64,000 nt of DNA from a virus: IMG/VR virus record IMGVR_UViG_3300027026_000014, positions 1,586-65,585 of that record, one strand, 5' to 3'. Numbering within the stretch: the stretch's first letter is position 1; each line of letters begins with the position of its first letter. The notes under the pieces were generated by a model that saw only the letters and a list, made by a program, of their open reading frames with translations, did not search any database and had not been told where the DNA came from. The translations under genes and the position numbers were made by a program. Shown here piece by piece: positions 47,555 to 57,192 of this stretch.

Positions 47555-49318
47555 ATGCCGGGATTAACCGCCGAACTGATCGCGATCGATGAATACGATC
47601 GCATCGAAGACTGCGCCATCGTCGCCACAACTGCCGACCCACTGGCCCCAGGCGACTATGTCCTCACCGCTAACCTGAGCCAGGCTCAGTATGAATATGT
47701 GGCGAGTGCCTTTATGCAATTGCGCGGGCACGGACCTACCGCCTTCGACGAAGGCCCCGAATATAACCACTGGCGCAACTACCGCGCTTATGCCTGGGTC
47801 GCCACCAACGATTCCCTGTTGAACCTGCAGATCGATGAAGATGTCCACCGACGTGAGCGCACCCTGCGTGATCTGGAAATCCTCACCGGTCGGCCCGCCC
47901 CCCAACAGGACGAAGCCCAGCCCCGCGAACCCGAACCTGTAACCCGCAACCCGGAACCCCCGGTTATCCACTTCGATCCGACACAGCTGCGGAAGGAAGA
48001 ACTGATCACCGCCCGTGATCAGCAACACCGCACCATCCGAAATTACCGGCGCGACCTCGCCTACCTGCGGGAGACCATAAAAGAACACGAGCAGTGGATC
48101 GCCATGAATGAAGAATGGCAAAACCTGCCGGAAACCGCTCTGTCAGAGGCACTCCGGAACTATATCCGCGATAAAGCATTTAGCCCGGGTGATGTTCTCT
48201 ACCGCACCAATGAACATCATCGCCTGGTCACCCAACTTGCGGATACCGAGCGGAACATCCGCCACGCCGCCAATTTACTACTGAATCACAGCCGCGAACA
48301 CGCGCGGCTGCGGGGCAACCCACTCACCTTCACCGTCGAAGGTATGGATGTGGAACTACAGAACATCCCACAATATGTCCCGGGCAGCGTGCGGATCGAT
48401 GCCGCCGAACACACAATCAGCTGGGTTCTGACCGGTGTCCTGATGCAGCCGGATAACAACCCGTACCGCTGGCTGAACGGCGGGACCATACCCACCATCC
48501 GGCTACCAGATACCCGTGTGATATTGCGTTTTCAGGATAATGGGGCCGTAAACGTCTATCTCAAGTTCCCCACAGACGAATCGCCAAGATGTGCCCCTAC
48601 AGGCTATGCCGGCCACGGCACACCGCATCCGCACGTACTGAACCGCTACGCCCCCTGCCTGGGCGATTTCGAGGGCGCCGTCACCAATGCCGCGCAATCC
48701 GGAGATCTGCGTACTGCGAACGATATCCTGCTGGCCTTCCTGGGCCAGGCGTACAACGCCGACTCCGCTGGCATGGAATGGTGGCGCTGGGCCCTGACGG
48801 ACTGGGATTCCCCGGAGGAGTACCCCTGGTTTGAAGTTGGGGATCACCGCGGCAACGAAGACTATTTCTGGGACAGCAGCAGCGGCAAGAACCTGAATGC
48901 CCGACTCGATGCCGAAGGTAACCTGACCCTGAATTGGGTCGAACATACCGGAGGCAACCGCGGTTTCGATCAGCTGTGTGGGAGCGAACGGTGCGATCAC
49001 TCAGAAGACGAGTATCAGGATGACGACGGTGATATTCGCTGCAACCACTGCGACGCTCTGACTTGGGGCGAAGGCCGCTATCACGGGGATTGCGACTGCT
49101 GCGAAGACTGTCAGAACGAGCATTGCACCTGCTGCGGTATCTGTGATGGTACGGATCGCGACGAGTGTGGATGCTGCACCAACTGCGAGAACGTCGAGGG
49201 CGAGTGCACATGCTGCCCTATCTGCGATACCTCCGACCGCGACGAATGCGGTTGCTGCCAGGAGTGCGGTGACACGGATGCTGACACCTGCGGATGCCAC
49301 ACATCAGAAAACGAATAA
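47555..49318 (+). CDS. large hypothetical protein (587 aa) with C-terminal tandem Cys-rich repeats (C.CC.ICD..DRDECGCC)
   Basis: 15-nt spacing after JAB gene; C-terminus CTCCGICDGTDRDECGCCTNCENVEGECTCCPICDTSDRDECGCCQECGDTDADTCGCH. Confidence 0.6.
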   Translation: MPGLTAELIAIDEYDRIEDCAIVATTADPLAPGDYVLTANLSQAQYEYVASAFMQLRGHGPTAFDEGPEYNHWRNYRAYAWVATNDSLLNLQIDEDVHRRERTLRDLEILTGRPAPQQDEAQPREPEPVTRNPEPPVIHFDPTQLRKEELITARDQQHRTIRNYRRDLAYLRETIKEHEQWIAMNEEWQNLPETALSEALRNYIRDKAFSPGDVLYRTNEHHRLVTQLADTERNIRHAANLLLNHSREHARLRGNPLTFTVEGMDVELQNIPQYVPGSVRIDAAEHTISWVLTGVLMQPDNNPYRWLNGGTIPTIRLPDTRVILRFQDNGAVNVYLKFPTDESPRCAPTGYAGHGTPHPHVLNRYAPCLGDFEGAVTNAAQSGDLRTANDILLAFLGQAYNADSAGMEWWRWALTDWDSPEEYPWFEVGDHRGNEDYFWDSSSGKNLNARLDAEGNLTLNWVEHTGGNRGFDQLCGSERCDHSEDEYQDDDGDIRCNHCDALTWGEGRYHGDCDCCEDCQNEHCTCCGICDGTDRDECGCCTNCENVEGECTCCPICDTSDRDECGCCQECGDTDADTCGCHTSENE

Positions 49319-49419
49319 AACGGTAGCACTTTGCTACAACCGATGAGTAATGCGCGAGAACCTAATGTATTTCACACTTTCGTCGCATTACTCGTCCGCG
49401 ATTAACTGGTAAAACGCAA

Positions 49420-49710
49420 TTGTCACATTGGTCAGACTACTCCTATAATCCAAAACCGGCCATCCACAGGCCGATGTCTTACCTAAGGATTACAGGAACA
49501 ATAACCGTGGAAAACAAAGCGATCTTAAAAGCCAATCATTACAACCGTATGCAAGCCTTCCAGTGGATCTACGAACATCCGACCACCGCCGTCGGCATCC
49601 TCTGTCAGATGCTCGAGAATGACCAGCTGGACGAACGCACCATCGGCGAGTTACAGCAACTCCACCTGCGCCTCGGCTCGTTCATGCAGCGCTCGCTACG
49701 CGGTTATTAG
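49420..49710 (+). CDS. hypothetical protein (≤96 aa; true start uncertain)
   Basis: ORF only. Confidence 0.3.
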   Translation: MSHWSDYSYNPKPAIHRPMSYLRITGTITVENKAILKANHYNRMQAFQWIYEHPTTAVGILCQMLENDQLDERTIGELQQLHLRLGSFMQRSLRGY

Positions 49711-49731
49711 GAAGAAAAATTTTTCCCACAG

Positions 49732-49752
49732 GATATACACAATGCACATATC
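49732..49752 (+). promoter_or_regulatory. palindromic operator/promoter motif copy 9 (GATATACACAATGCACATATC; arms extend CAGGATAT/ATATCCTG)
   Basis: 25 bp upstream of 49779 start. Confidence 0.5.
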
Positions 49753-49778
49753 CTGTTTTGAAATACCATGGAGGTCCT

Positions 49779-50108
49779 ATGAATCTGGAAGTGCTCCTCA
49801 AGACCCAGCAGTATGAGTGCACCAAACAACCCGGCCTGTACCTGACCATGACGCACGGTCGCACAGACCCAGAACAACAGATGGATGACTGGGGTACCGA
49901 AGGCCCGTCCATCGGCCCACTGAAGTGGTGCCATATCACCTATAACGCATCGATCAACCTCGCCTTCGCCAGTGGCGAAATCACCGAGCCGATGCTGCAG
50001 CGTGACCCCCTGCACTTTCACGATGACATGCTCTACTACGACGGCGTCTACTACGGCGACTGGTCGCTCGAGCTTCTTGAGGGGGAATCGGAATGCGCTA
50101 CTACCTGA
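49779..50108 (+). CDS. hypothetical protein (109 aa)
   Basis: GGAGG RBS before ATGAAT. Confidence 0.4.
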   Translation: MNLEVLLKTQQYECTKQPGLYLTMTHGRTDPEQQMDDWGTEGPSIGPLKWCHITYNASINLAFASGEITEPMLQRDPLHFHDDMLYYDGVYYGDWSLELLEGESECATT

Positions 50109-50395
50109 TCACAGGGCGCAACTACGGTGACTGGGAAGACCTGGCCATGGTCTTCCATGCCGATAACCCCGAACAAGCTCAGGAACAGTTCATCACGACG
50201 TTAGCAGAAAATTGGGATATTGATGCCGTGGATTGCAGCCCGACACACGCCCAAATTCTTGCCGATGTCCAGCGGGGAGTGCTCTCCCCATCTGACCCCG
50301 ATGTCGAACATCTGCTCGATCATCATGAAAGCCTTCAGATATACATAAACACTGTCGCGGATTGTGGTACCCACCGGCCCACTATCCTGACGTAA
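50093..50395 (+). CDS. hypothetical protein (100 aa)
   Basis: ORF overlapping upstream gene end. Confidence 0.35.
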   Translation: MRYYLITGRNYGDWEDLAMVFHADNPEQAQEQFITTLAENWDIDAVDCSPTHAQILADVQRGVLSPSDPDVEHLLDHHESLQIYINTVADCGTHRPTILT

Positions 50396-50479
50396 CGATT
50401 TGTTCGGGGAGCGAAAGGATCGCTTTGGTTGGAGGACCCGACCCCCCGAACATCTATCCCCCTCTGTTAGCCCCGCACT

Positions 50480-50764
50480 ATGTACCAAAGCCTCTACGAC
50501 TCTACCCCTGACTTCCTCCAGGAGGATCTTGATGCGTTCATCAAGGAACTCGAGCACCATCTGTCCCGGGATGTCATCGCACAACTCCACCACAAAGGGC
50601 TGACCATACTGTTCCTACACTACACAAACGGGCACTCAATACCCGAAATTCTCGCCACGCTAATCAATGGACACGGCGATCCCTCCGCCGCAACCCAGCG
50701 CGCCTATGCTGGGCTTGTGCAGGAAGCACGCTCAATACTCGAACGCAGCTGCCCTACCGCTTGA
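50480..50764 (+). CDS. hypothetical protein (94 aa)
   Basis: ORF. Confidence 0.35.
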   Translation: MYQSLYDSTPDFLQEDLDAFIKELEHHLSRDVIAQLHHKGLTILFLHYTNGHSIPEILATLINGHGDPSAATQRAYAGLVQEARSILERSCPTA

Positions 50765-50772
50765 CCTCAATT

Positions 50773-50789
50773 ATATACATTGCGTATAT
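50773..50789 (+). promoter_or_regulatory. palindromic operator/promoter motif copy 10 inside TTGACC(50761-50766)-N17/18-TATATT promoter for DNA polymerase gene
   Basis: Sequence. Confidence 0.65.
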
Positions 50790-50816
50790 TCGGCAGCCTG
50801 ACTGGAAGGATTACGC

Positions 50817-52805
50817 ATGTCTTTTATCACACTCGACTTCGAAACCTACTACAACAGCCGTAATCGCGATGCGGACGGCAAACCCGTCACCAATAGCAAA
50901 AAGCAGGAAATCGTCCAGCCGACGTTTTCACTGAAATTCCTCACCTATGAGGAATACATTTTCGATCCCCGGTTCTATGTCCAGGGTGTGGGTATCAAGA
51001 TCGACCGCGAGCCCACCGTATGGCTGACGGACGACCTCCCCTACCACCTGAGATCCATCTTCACACCCGGCAACGATCACGCCCTGCTGGCCCACAATGT
51101 ACCGTTCGATGGCGCCATTCTGTCGTGGTACTACGGCCTGGCCGCAGGAAAATATTACTGCACTCAGGGAATGAGCAACGCCCTGTGGGCGCAGGAATCC
51201 GCCAGCCTTGACGCCCTGTGTGAACGGCTATTCCCTAACGACCCCACCAAACGGAAAGGCAAAGAACTGGAAACCGTCGACGGTATCCGGGAACCCGCCC
51301 ACGAACAGCTGGAAACGCTCGGTGGTTACTGCATTAATGACGTCGACCTGACCTTCGACGCCTTTGCGGAAATGATCCAGTACTTCCCCCGTAAGGAACT
51401 GGAAGTGATGGACATGACCCACCGCATGTTCATCCACCCACAGATCGTCCTTGACCGGAAACTCACTGAACAGCACATGCAAGCCGAGGTGGAGAAAAAC
51501 CGTCAGTTGATCATTGCCTCCGGCTGGCCGGAATCCACGCTCGCTTCCAACGATAAATTTGCCCAACGCTTGGAGCGCGACCATGGCATCGCAATACCTA
51601 CAATCGCCAGCCCCACGCCCAAGAATCCCGACAATACCAAGCTCGCCCTTGGCAAAGACGATCTCGAGTTTCTGCAGATCCGCGCCGCGCATCCCGAACT
51701 GCAACACATTTGGGATGCCCGGCTCAGTGTTAAGGGTTCCGGGGAACGTAACCGCGGCGCGCGACTGCTCAAGCACGCTGAACCAAATCCCCACAATCCG
51801 GAAGGCCGTCTCGCACTACTCCTTAAATACTGCGGTGCGCATACAAAGCGCTGGTCCGGTACGAACAAAATCAACCCACAAAATTTTAAACGGGGTTCCC
51901 CTTACCGTCTGAGCCTGTGCGCTCCCCCCGGCCACAAGGTGCTGGTCCGCGACCTGTCGAACATCGAAGGTCGTATGAATGCCTGGTTTAACGAGGAAGC
52001 GTGGAAATGTGAAGCCTTTGCCCAGGGCCGCGACCTCTATAGCGAACTTGCCACCGACATTTACGGCCGCCCGATTGACCGCAAACGGAAGGCGATGGAT
52101 GACGCCGGCAACTACCTGGATGCCGAAGGCAACATCACCGACAAAGACAATGCGCATGAGCCCGACTGGCTTGAAGGCTTCGTCGGCAAGACCGCAGAAC
52201 TCGGCCTCGGCTACAACATGGGGGCCAACAAATTCTGGGTGCAGTGCGCCATGAAAGGCGTTGTGCTGCCCAAAGATATTGCCACCCTGACCGTAAACAC
52301 CTGGCGCCGCAAGAATGCCGCCATCGTCCGCGGGTGGAAGCGCAACGAGCAGGTCATCTTCGATATGGCCTCCCGCTCACAGAAACCGTACACCTACAAA
52401 TGCCTGCAGGTTGAACGCGGGCGCCTTATCTTGCCGTCCGGTCTGCCCATGACCTACCCGAAGTTAGAGTACTTCGAGGAAGGCGACCGGCGGGGATTCC
52501 ACTACTGGGAAGGCAAGTTCTTCAAGTCGCTGTATGGCGGCCTGTTGATGGAAAACATCATCCAGGCGCTGGCTCGTATCGTCATGAGCGACATGATGGT
52601 GGAAATCCAGCAACACCTTCTCCCGATGGGGGGTGCGATCGCCCTCACCGTACACGATGAGATCGTGGCCGTGGCCCCCGACCAGCACGCAGAAGAAGCC
52701 TACGCCATGATGGGGGAGATCATGGCAACCCCACCCGCCTGGTGCAATGACGGAACTTTGTCCCTGGCAAGTGAGGGCGGCATCGCTGAAAACTACTCGA
52801 AATAA
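50817..52805 (+). CDS. family A DNA polymerase (with 3'-5' exonuclease domain)
   Basis: N-terminal ITLDFETY (Exo I DxE), C-terminal LTVHDEIVAVAP (motif C HDE) and upstream K...YG motif B-like region; 662 aa compact phage PolA. Confidence 0.8.
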   Translation: MSFITLDFETYYNSRNRDADGKPVTNSKKQEIVQPTFSLKFLTYEEYIFDPRFYVQGVGIKIDREPTVWLTDDLPYHLRSIFTPGNDHALLAHNVPFDGAILSWYYGLAAGKYYCTQGMSNALWAQESASLDALCERLFPNDPTKRKGKELETVDGIREPAHEQLETLGGYCINDVDLTFDAFAEMIQYFPRKELEVMDMTHRMFIHPQIVLDRKLTEQHMQAEVEKNRQLIIASGWPESTLASNDKFAQRLERDHGIAIPTIASPTPKNPDNTKLALGKDDLEFLQIRAAHPELQHIWDARLSVKGSGERNRGARLLKHAEPNPHNPEGRLALLLKYCGAHTKRWSGTNKINPQNFKRGSPYRLSLCAPPGHKVLVRDLSNIEGRMNAWFNEEAWKCEAFAQGRDLYSELATDIYGRPIDRKRKAMDDAGNYLDAEGNITDKDNAHEPDWLEGFVGKTAELGLGYNMGANKFWVQCAMKGVVLPKDIATLTVNTWRRKNAAIVRGWKRNEQVIFDMASRSQKPYTYKCLQVERGRLILPSGLPMTYPKLEYFEEGDRRGFHYWEGKFFKSLYGGLLMENIIQALARIVMSDMMVEIQQHLLPMGGAIALTVHDEIVAVAPDQHAEEAYAMMGEIMATPPAWCNDGTLSLASEGGIAENYSK

Positions 52806-52834
52806 CCACTATGAAGGAGAGCGGAAATGCACGA

Positions 52835-53023
52835 ATGCTGAAAGAAAAAAATGGACGTCTACTCATCGGCCGTAAACGTGATCAACGCGTTCGCGTGAAG
52901 CTGGATGACCAGGAACTGTGGATTCGCGTTGTCGAGACCCGCGGTTCTCATGGTGTCTGCCTGGAATTTGAAGGCCCCACAAGCATTGAGATTTTGCGTG
53001 AGGAGCTGATCAATGGCAGATGA
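52835..53023 (+). CDS. small basic protein (62 aa), possible regulator
   Basis: ORF; AAGGAGAG upstream. Confidence 0.3.
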   Translation: MLKEKNGRLLIGRKRDQRVRVKLDDQELWIRVVETRGSHGVCLEFEGPTSIEILREELINGR

Positions 53024-53201
53024 AGCGGAACGCGCCGCCGAACTCGAGGAGCTGCACCGCCAGAATGCCCTGCGTCATCGAAAGCCGGAGTTGAAGCCTA
53101 AAGGCCGCTGCCATTACTGCGATGAGACACTGCCAGAAGGGCTGAAATTCTGTGATGCAGAGTGCCGCGATGAGTATGAAATCTATGGGGGTATGCCATG
53201 A
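53013..53201 (+). CDS. small zinc-ribbon protein (62 aa)
   Basis: CHYCDETLPEGLKFCDAEC four-Cys motif. Confidence 0.35.
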   Translation: MADEAERAAELEELHRQNALRHRKPELKPKGRCHYCDETLPEGLKFCDAECRDEYEIYGGMP

Positions 53202-55693
53202 AAGTGACCTTTCTCAGTGGCTATAAACCGATGGTAAAGGCTTTTCACGCAGATCGCGTCGAGTCTTACCCTCGGATTAAACGAGTCACGAGTCATGTTT
53301 TTGAAGTACCCAAAACCGCAGAAGGCATGCGGCAGAAGACCGAACTTCTAAAAGAGCATGCAGAGAAGGGCCATTGTCTCCTGAAGGGGTCTCTGACCAA
53401 GGACCTCAAACACGAGACCCGGGCCGGCTACACCGACAACGAAGCCCTGACCGAGACCATCGTTCTGGACATCGACGGTGTGCGTTTCCCGGACATGGAG
53501 CCCAAGACACCGATTGACGCCGCCCAGCTGCGTGAACTCGCAGCTGCCGCGGTCAAAATTCTGCCGTCGGCTTTCCACGAAGCCAGCTATATCGTGCACG
53601 CGTCATCAAGCCTCGGTATGAAACCGGGGCTGGTGTCCCTGCACCTGGAATTTTGGCTCGACAAACCTGTGACACCGATCCTGCTCAAGCAATACCTGAC
53701 CAAGCTCAATTTCGATGTGGACCTGTTCCGAGCCAGCCTCGAATTGACTGCTACCGGGAGCGCGCTCCGCCTCAAACTGGACCGCACGCTGGCAGATAAC
53801 TCGCGCCTGATTTATATCGGTAAACCACAGTTCCATGACGGGCTGGAAGATCCGGTTGCCGAGCGTATCCTGCTCGTACAGAAACACAATGTAACCGTGC
53901 CGCTCTACGCCGAACTGATGCAAATCAAGCCGCAAGCGTTGAACGGCACCATCAGTAAAACCGTAACCGCCCTGCGGGAGCAGAACGGCTGGGGGCCATT
54001 AACCCAGAAAGGCACCAACGTCTTTATCGATGGGCGCTCTGTGTTTGTTGTCACCAACCCGCAGCAGATGAACATCCAGTACGCCTACCACAAAGACAAG
54101 TGGGTGTACTACAACGTCAACGGTGGGGACTCGAACGCCTACTATGTGCACCGCGATAACCCCGCGATCATGCACAACTTCAAAGGTGAACCCGCGTTCA
54201 TGTTCGAGCAGGCCAACCCCGATGCCTACCAGTGGCATCTGGAAAACTTTGGCCTGGGTTCTGCCGAGTACGACGAGGATGATGGCGAGGATTATGACTC
54301 CGCCAAATTAGTCCCGGTCGTACTGGATGAAAAGCGTTCTGACAGTTCCTATCGGGGGTATTACGACCCCGTAAAAAAGATTTTCACCCAGCTCGACGCA
54401 ACACGTTCACAGGAGAAACTGCGCGCGTGGATGGAACAGCACAACGCGCTGATGCCTGACCAGCTGCCGGTCTGGGAGTTCTATTTCGACCCGACATCGG
54501 ACGACACCACCGACTTCAAACGCCGCCGCGCCAATACCTTCGAGCGCACCGACCTGTTGGCCTCCAACATCGGTGTCCCGGGTGACTTCCTTGGCCTGCG
54601 CTACGGTCAGGGTGGCCGGTTGTCGGAATTATGCCCGACCATCTGGAAGATTATCTGGTCCATGACCGGCGCAAGTACCCTCGAGTTCGAACACTTCATC
54701 AACTGGTTTGCTGCCATCGTATGCGGGCGCCAGAAGACGATGACTGCCTGGGCCATGAGTGGTACCCCCGGTACCGGCAAGGGTCTGTTCACCAACCAGA
54801 TCGCAGCCCCGATCCTCGGCCCCATGCACGCCTTCCCTCTCACCGAACGGGATCTCAGTGACGAATTCAACGCATGGATGGAGCGCGCCATCTTGGTCAC
54901 CGTAGATGAATTCAGCCTGCGCAAATCGAAAATGGCCGACCGCCTGATGCTGCGCCTCAAGAACGCGATCACCGAACCCGTGGCCGCGATCCGGGCCATG
55001 CGCCAGGACATCCGCACCGTACCCAGTTATGTGAACTTCCTGTTCTTCAGTAACGACTACGGCATGTTGAAGATCGAACCGGGTGACCGCCGTTTCAATG
55101 TGTGCCCTCGTCAGGAGCGCAAGCTGATCGAGCGTTTCCCCGAGCTGGATAGCGCCGACCTACTCGAGATGATCAAAGCCGAACTACCGCAGTTCGTGGC
55201 CTTCCTGAAAGCCTTTGACTTCGACGCCCGCGCCGCGCAGAAGACGCTGGAAAACGAAGCCAAGAAGCAACTGCACCGCAGTGCCGCCACCATCGAGGAA
55301 GAATTCTTCGAGTCTTTGCACACCGGCGATCTGGATTTCTTCACCATCCTGTTCGAAGAAACCCTGAACCGGGGTAATGAACTGTTTCTGGCCGCAGCAC
55401 AAAACTATGTGCGCAGCTGGATTCGCGAACGCCACCACGCACGCGATCTGGAACGCTACCCCATCACCACCCAGGAACTGGGCGTCGTGTACTCGGCCAT
55501 GATGGCCCGTAGCGAAAATGCCCGCTCCTTCGGCAAGCGATTGGGGCGCAACGGCCTCGAGCCGCAGCGCATCTACATGCTGAACGGGGAGCGAAAACGC
55601 GGGCTGTATGTTGGCTGGCAAGTATCCGAAGACGATATCAACGATATGTACCAAGCCTACGTGGAGGACTCCGATGCAGTACGTACCGCCTAA
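53198..55693 (+). CDS. primase-helicase (D5/P4-like SF3 helicase C-terminal domain)
   Basis: Walker A SGTPGTGKG, Walker B ILVTVDEF; 831 aa with N-terminal extension typical of primase-polymerase fusions. Confidence 0.7.
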   Translation: MKVTFLSGYKPMVKAFHADRVESYPRIKRVTSHVFEVPKTAEGMRQKTELLKEHAEKGHCLLKGSLTKDLKHETRAGYTDNEALTETIVLDIDGVRFPDMEPKTPIDAAQLRELAAAAVKILPSAFHEASYIVHASSSLGMKPGLVSLHLEFWLDKPVTPILLKQYLTKLNFDVDLFRASLELTATGSALRLKLDRTLADNSRLIYIGKPQFHDGLEDPVAERILLVQKHNVTVPLYAELMQIKPQALNGTISKTVTALREQNGWGPLTQKGTNVFIDGRSVFVVTNPQQMNIQYAYHKDKWVYYNVNGGDSNAYYVHRDNPAIMHNFKGEPAFMFEQANPDAYQWHLENFGLGSAEYDEDDGEDYDSAKLVPVVLDEKRSDSSYRGYYDPVKKIFTQLDATRSQEKLRAWMEQHNALMPDQLPVWEFYFDPTSDDTTDFKRRRANTFERTDLLASNIGVPGDFLGLRYGQGGRLSELCPTIWKIIWSMTGASTLEFEHFINWFAAIVCGRQKTMTAWAMSGTPGTGKGLFTNQIAAPILGPMHAFPLTERDLSDEFNAWMERAILVTVDEFSLRKSKMADRLMLRLKNAITEPVAAIRAMRQDIRTVPSYVNFLFFSNDYGMLKIEPGDRRFNVCPRQERKLIERFPELDSADLLEMIKAELPQFVAFLKAFDFDARAAQKTLENEAKKQLHRSAATIEEEFFESLHTGDLDFFTILFEETLNRGNELFLAAAQNYVRSWIRERHHARDLERYPITTQELGVVYSAMMARSENARSFGKRLGRNGLEPQRIYMLNGERKRGLYVGWQVSEDDINDMYQAYVEDSDAVRTA

Positions 55694-56528
55694 AGAAGGA
55701 CTGTTCAATCCGGCAGCCCTCAAGAAAGACAAGCCTGAACCACAGCAGGAATACGTGCCGCCCTCCGACGGCACCCTGTTCCAGCCCGGCAAGAAACCGG
55801 CACCGGCCATGATCGCCACCGATAAAGGCCAAAGCGATGACCCCCGCGGTGGCCCGGTCAAAGCCTGGTCTGCATCCAGCCTCAAGCTGTTCGAAAGCTG
55901 CGCCTATCGCGTATTCCTGAAGCAGGTCAAGCGCGTCCCCGAACCCCAGTCCGAGGCCGCCAACCGTGGTGAATTGATCCACAAGCTCGCGGAAGACTAT
56001 GTCCAGGGGTTGCTTGAGAAGCTGCCGCCGGAGCTGATCCGGTTCAAGACCCGTTTTGAAGGGCTGCGCGAAGCCTATGCCAACGCCGAGGTATCCATCG
56101 AAGGCGAATGGGGCTTCGACATCAATTGGCGGCCAACCGGTTGGCGCGACAAAGACACTTGGGCGCGTATGAAACTGGACGCATTCCACCAGCAGGACGA
56201 AACCAGCGCGCTCGTGATCGACCACAAGACCGGTAAGAAATTTGGCAACGAAATCGTGCATCAGGGCCAGGCCATGATCTACGCGATCGGTGCCTTCCAG
56301 CGCTATCCGGAGCTGGAATTCGTCAAGACTGAGTTCTGGTATCTGGACAAGGGCCTGACACTCGACGGCAGCTACACCCGTGCACAGGCCATGGCCCTGC
56401 TGCCGCGGCTGCAGCAACGCGCCGAGAAGATGACCCGAGCACTGGAATTCCCACCAAAACCATCGATCGACAACTGCCGCTTCTGTCATTACGCCAAGAG
56501 CGGTGACTGTGAATGGGGTTACGTATGA
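55674..56528 (+). CDS. Cas4/RecB-like PD-(D/E)xK exonuclease with 4-Cys Fe-S cluster motif
   Basis: N-terminal Cys (FESCAYRVF), C-terminal CRFCHYAKSGDC; ELIHKL...D..E.K-like core. Confidence 0.65.
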   Translation: MQYVPPKEGLFNPAALKKDKPEPQQEYVPPSDGTLFQPGKKPAPAMIATDKGQSDDPRGGPVKAWSASSLKLFESCAYRVFLKQVKRVPEPQSEAANRGELIHKLAEDYVQGLLEKLPPELIRFKTRFEGLREAYANAEVSIEGEWGFDINWRPTGWRDKDTWARMKLDAFHQQDETSALVIDHKTGKKFGNEIVHQGQAMIYAIGAFQRYPELEFVKTEFWYLDKGLTLDGSYTRAQAMALLPRLQQRAEKMTRALEFPPKPSIDNCRFCHYAKSGDCEWGYV

Positions 56529-56725
56529 GCAGACTACTCGTTGAATACCAGGGCGGTGCCGCATCGCGTTTACTTGTACGCGGGCGCACCTACGAAATCA
56601 AAGGCATAAAACGGGTAAACGGGGTAATGACCTACCACATATACCTGCCGGAATATGAATGTGAAGTCATCGAACCGGCATCCGTATTCGGGACCATGGA
56701 GTTTGAGCCAGATGAAGTTGCTTGA
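56513..56725 (+). CDS. hypothetical protein (70 aa)
   Basis: ORF. Confidence 0.3.
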   Translation: MGLRMSRLLVEYQGGAASRLLVRGRTYEIKGIKRVNGVMTYHIYLPEYECEVIEPASVFGTMEFEPDEVA

Positions 56726-56930
56726 ACCCCAGGAACAACGGATCGCAGAACGGGCGTTACAACGCTACCTCGAGTCCGCCTATGCGTGGGCGGAAATAGT
56801 CAGCCAGAAAGATGCCCGCATGCCCTACTCCGGACGTCCGGTAACCCGCGAGGACATCGACAAAGCCTTCGCAACGATCCACGACATTGAATCCACCCTT
56901 GGCAAAATCAGAGCACAAAATGAGAACTGA
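56712..56930 (+). CDS. hypothetical protein (72 aa)
   Basis: ORF. Confidence 0.3.
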   Translation: MKLLEPQEQRIAERALQRYLESAYAWAEIVSQKDARMPYSGRPVTREDIDKAFATIHDIESTLGKIRAQNEN

Positions 56931-57192
56931 CACTTTCGACATCGTCTCCCAGCGTATTTTCAACGTGCACAACGCGCTGGTGCGCGACGGTCATAACAGC
57001 AGCGACGTCGCCGATGCGATGTTCTTCAATATCCTGCGCGCCTATGTGGCCGGCGGTACCGGGCGCGGCGAACTGCACACCATGCTCGACAAGGTATACG
57101 ACGCCACCGCGCATCTGAAACCTGAAGAAACCACACTCGATGAAGTATCCCGGGAAGCATCCAACGATGGCGCGCAACAGGAAACCGCGTAA
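56920..57192 (+). CDS. hypothetical protein (90 aa)
   Basis: ORF. Confidence 0.3.
   Translation: MRTDTFDIVSQRIFNVHNALVRDGHNSSDVADAMFFNILRAYVAGGTGRGELHTMLDKVYDATAHLKPEETTLDEVSREASNDGAQQETA

Noticed and set aside
52835-53023. CsrA-like carbon-storage regulator
   Set aside because: Only a loose resemblance of the C-terminal ...ILREEL segment to CsrA; insufficient to call.
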